A stretch of DNA of 44,989 bases from a virus. Lineage: Duplodnaviria > Caudoviricetes. A model generated the notes under the pieces. That model saw only the letters and a list, made by a program, of their open reading frames with translations. It was not told where the DNA came from and did no database searches. A program made the translations under genes and the position numbers. The stretch's first letter is position 1. The number at the start of each line of letters is the position of its first letter. The DNA is taken from IMG/VR virus record IMGVR_UViG_3300017540_000270, positions 1 to 44,989 of that record; one strand, written 5' to 3'. Of this stretch, positions 44,481 to 44,989 are shown one piece after another.

Positions 44481-44989
44481 ACGCGCCCAACCGCCTCGTC
44501 GAGGGCGAGGGCACCTGGACGGTCACGAACCCCAAGGGCGAGCGGCTCGTCATCACGATGGAGGAGGTGCTCTCCGACGTCACCCACGACCTGGGGGTGG
44601 ACCCCGGGCTCCAGAAGGACGGCGTCGAGGCCCACCTGCAGGAGCTTCTCGCCGCCGCCTGCCATGAGCTGGAGGAGGGCATGGTCCTCGTCCGCCGGGA
44701 GCACCGCACCGAGATCGGGCCCGTCGACCTGCTGTGCCGGGACGCCCAGGGCCGCGCCGTCGCCGTCGAGGTGAAGCGCCAGGGCGGCATCGACGGGGTC
44801 GAGCAGCTGGCCCGGTACCTCGAGTTCCTCGACCGGGACCCCACCCTGCGCCCGGTGCGGGGCATGTTCGTGGCCCAGGTCATCCGCCCGCAGGCCAAGG
44901 CCCTCGCCGCCGAGCGGGGCATCACCTGCGTGGAGGTCGACTACGACGCCCTGCGCGGCATCGAGTCCGCCCAGGCCAGGCTGTTCTGA
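44474..44989 (+). pseudogene. nucS: 3' fragment of host endonuclease NucS/EndoMS, interrupted by the prophage
   Basis: [45 protein letters not shown]; roughly the first 45-50 aa are missing. Confidence 0.92.

Noticed and set aside
44443-44925. 161-aa N-terminal extension of the integrase in the ORF track
   Set aside because: It is the antisense of nucS; the serine recombinase domain starts at 44442/44436

Overview
A nearly complete, high-GC actinobacterial siphovirus-type prophage (about 1-44470). The host is possibly Acidimicrobiia, inferred only from the NucS sequence style. A large serine recombinase (43075-44442) has integrated it inside the host mismatch-repair gene nucS, whose 3' part lies at about 44474-44989; the other att junction is left of the window. 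Read on the minus strand from the right: integrase, portal, a LamG-containing virion protein, protease, HK97 capsid, head-tail and tail genes with an embedded amidase, a phosphoesterase, a nucleotide-modification block, PolA and replication/recombination genes, an all-alpha dNTP pyrophosphatase coupled to an aberrant C5-methyltransferase, primase-helicase, WhiB, HNH, TerS and TerL. A plus-strand operon of small genes, an AT-rich ori/cos-like region, an XRE gene and an Sm-fold gene follow. Main points of interest: (1) a cytosine-modification pathway in a temperate phage, combining an Asp-type (dCMP-specific) thymidylate-synthase homologue, a kinase, a dCTPase-like enzyme and a C5-MTase fold with intact catalytic but degenerate SAM-binding motifs; (2) integration into nucS as a possible reversible mutator switch; (3) a 20-bp palindrome-wrapped -10 motif present about 17 times; (4) a 41-nt tRNA-like minihelix; (5) a scattered packaging module. 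All product calls are by motif recognition, with no database searches.
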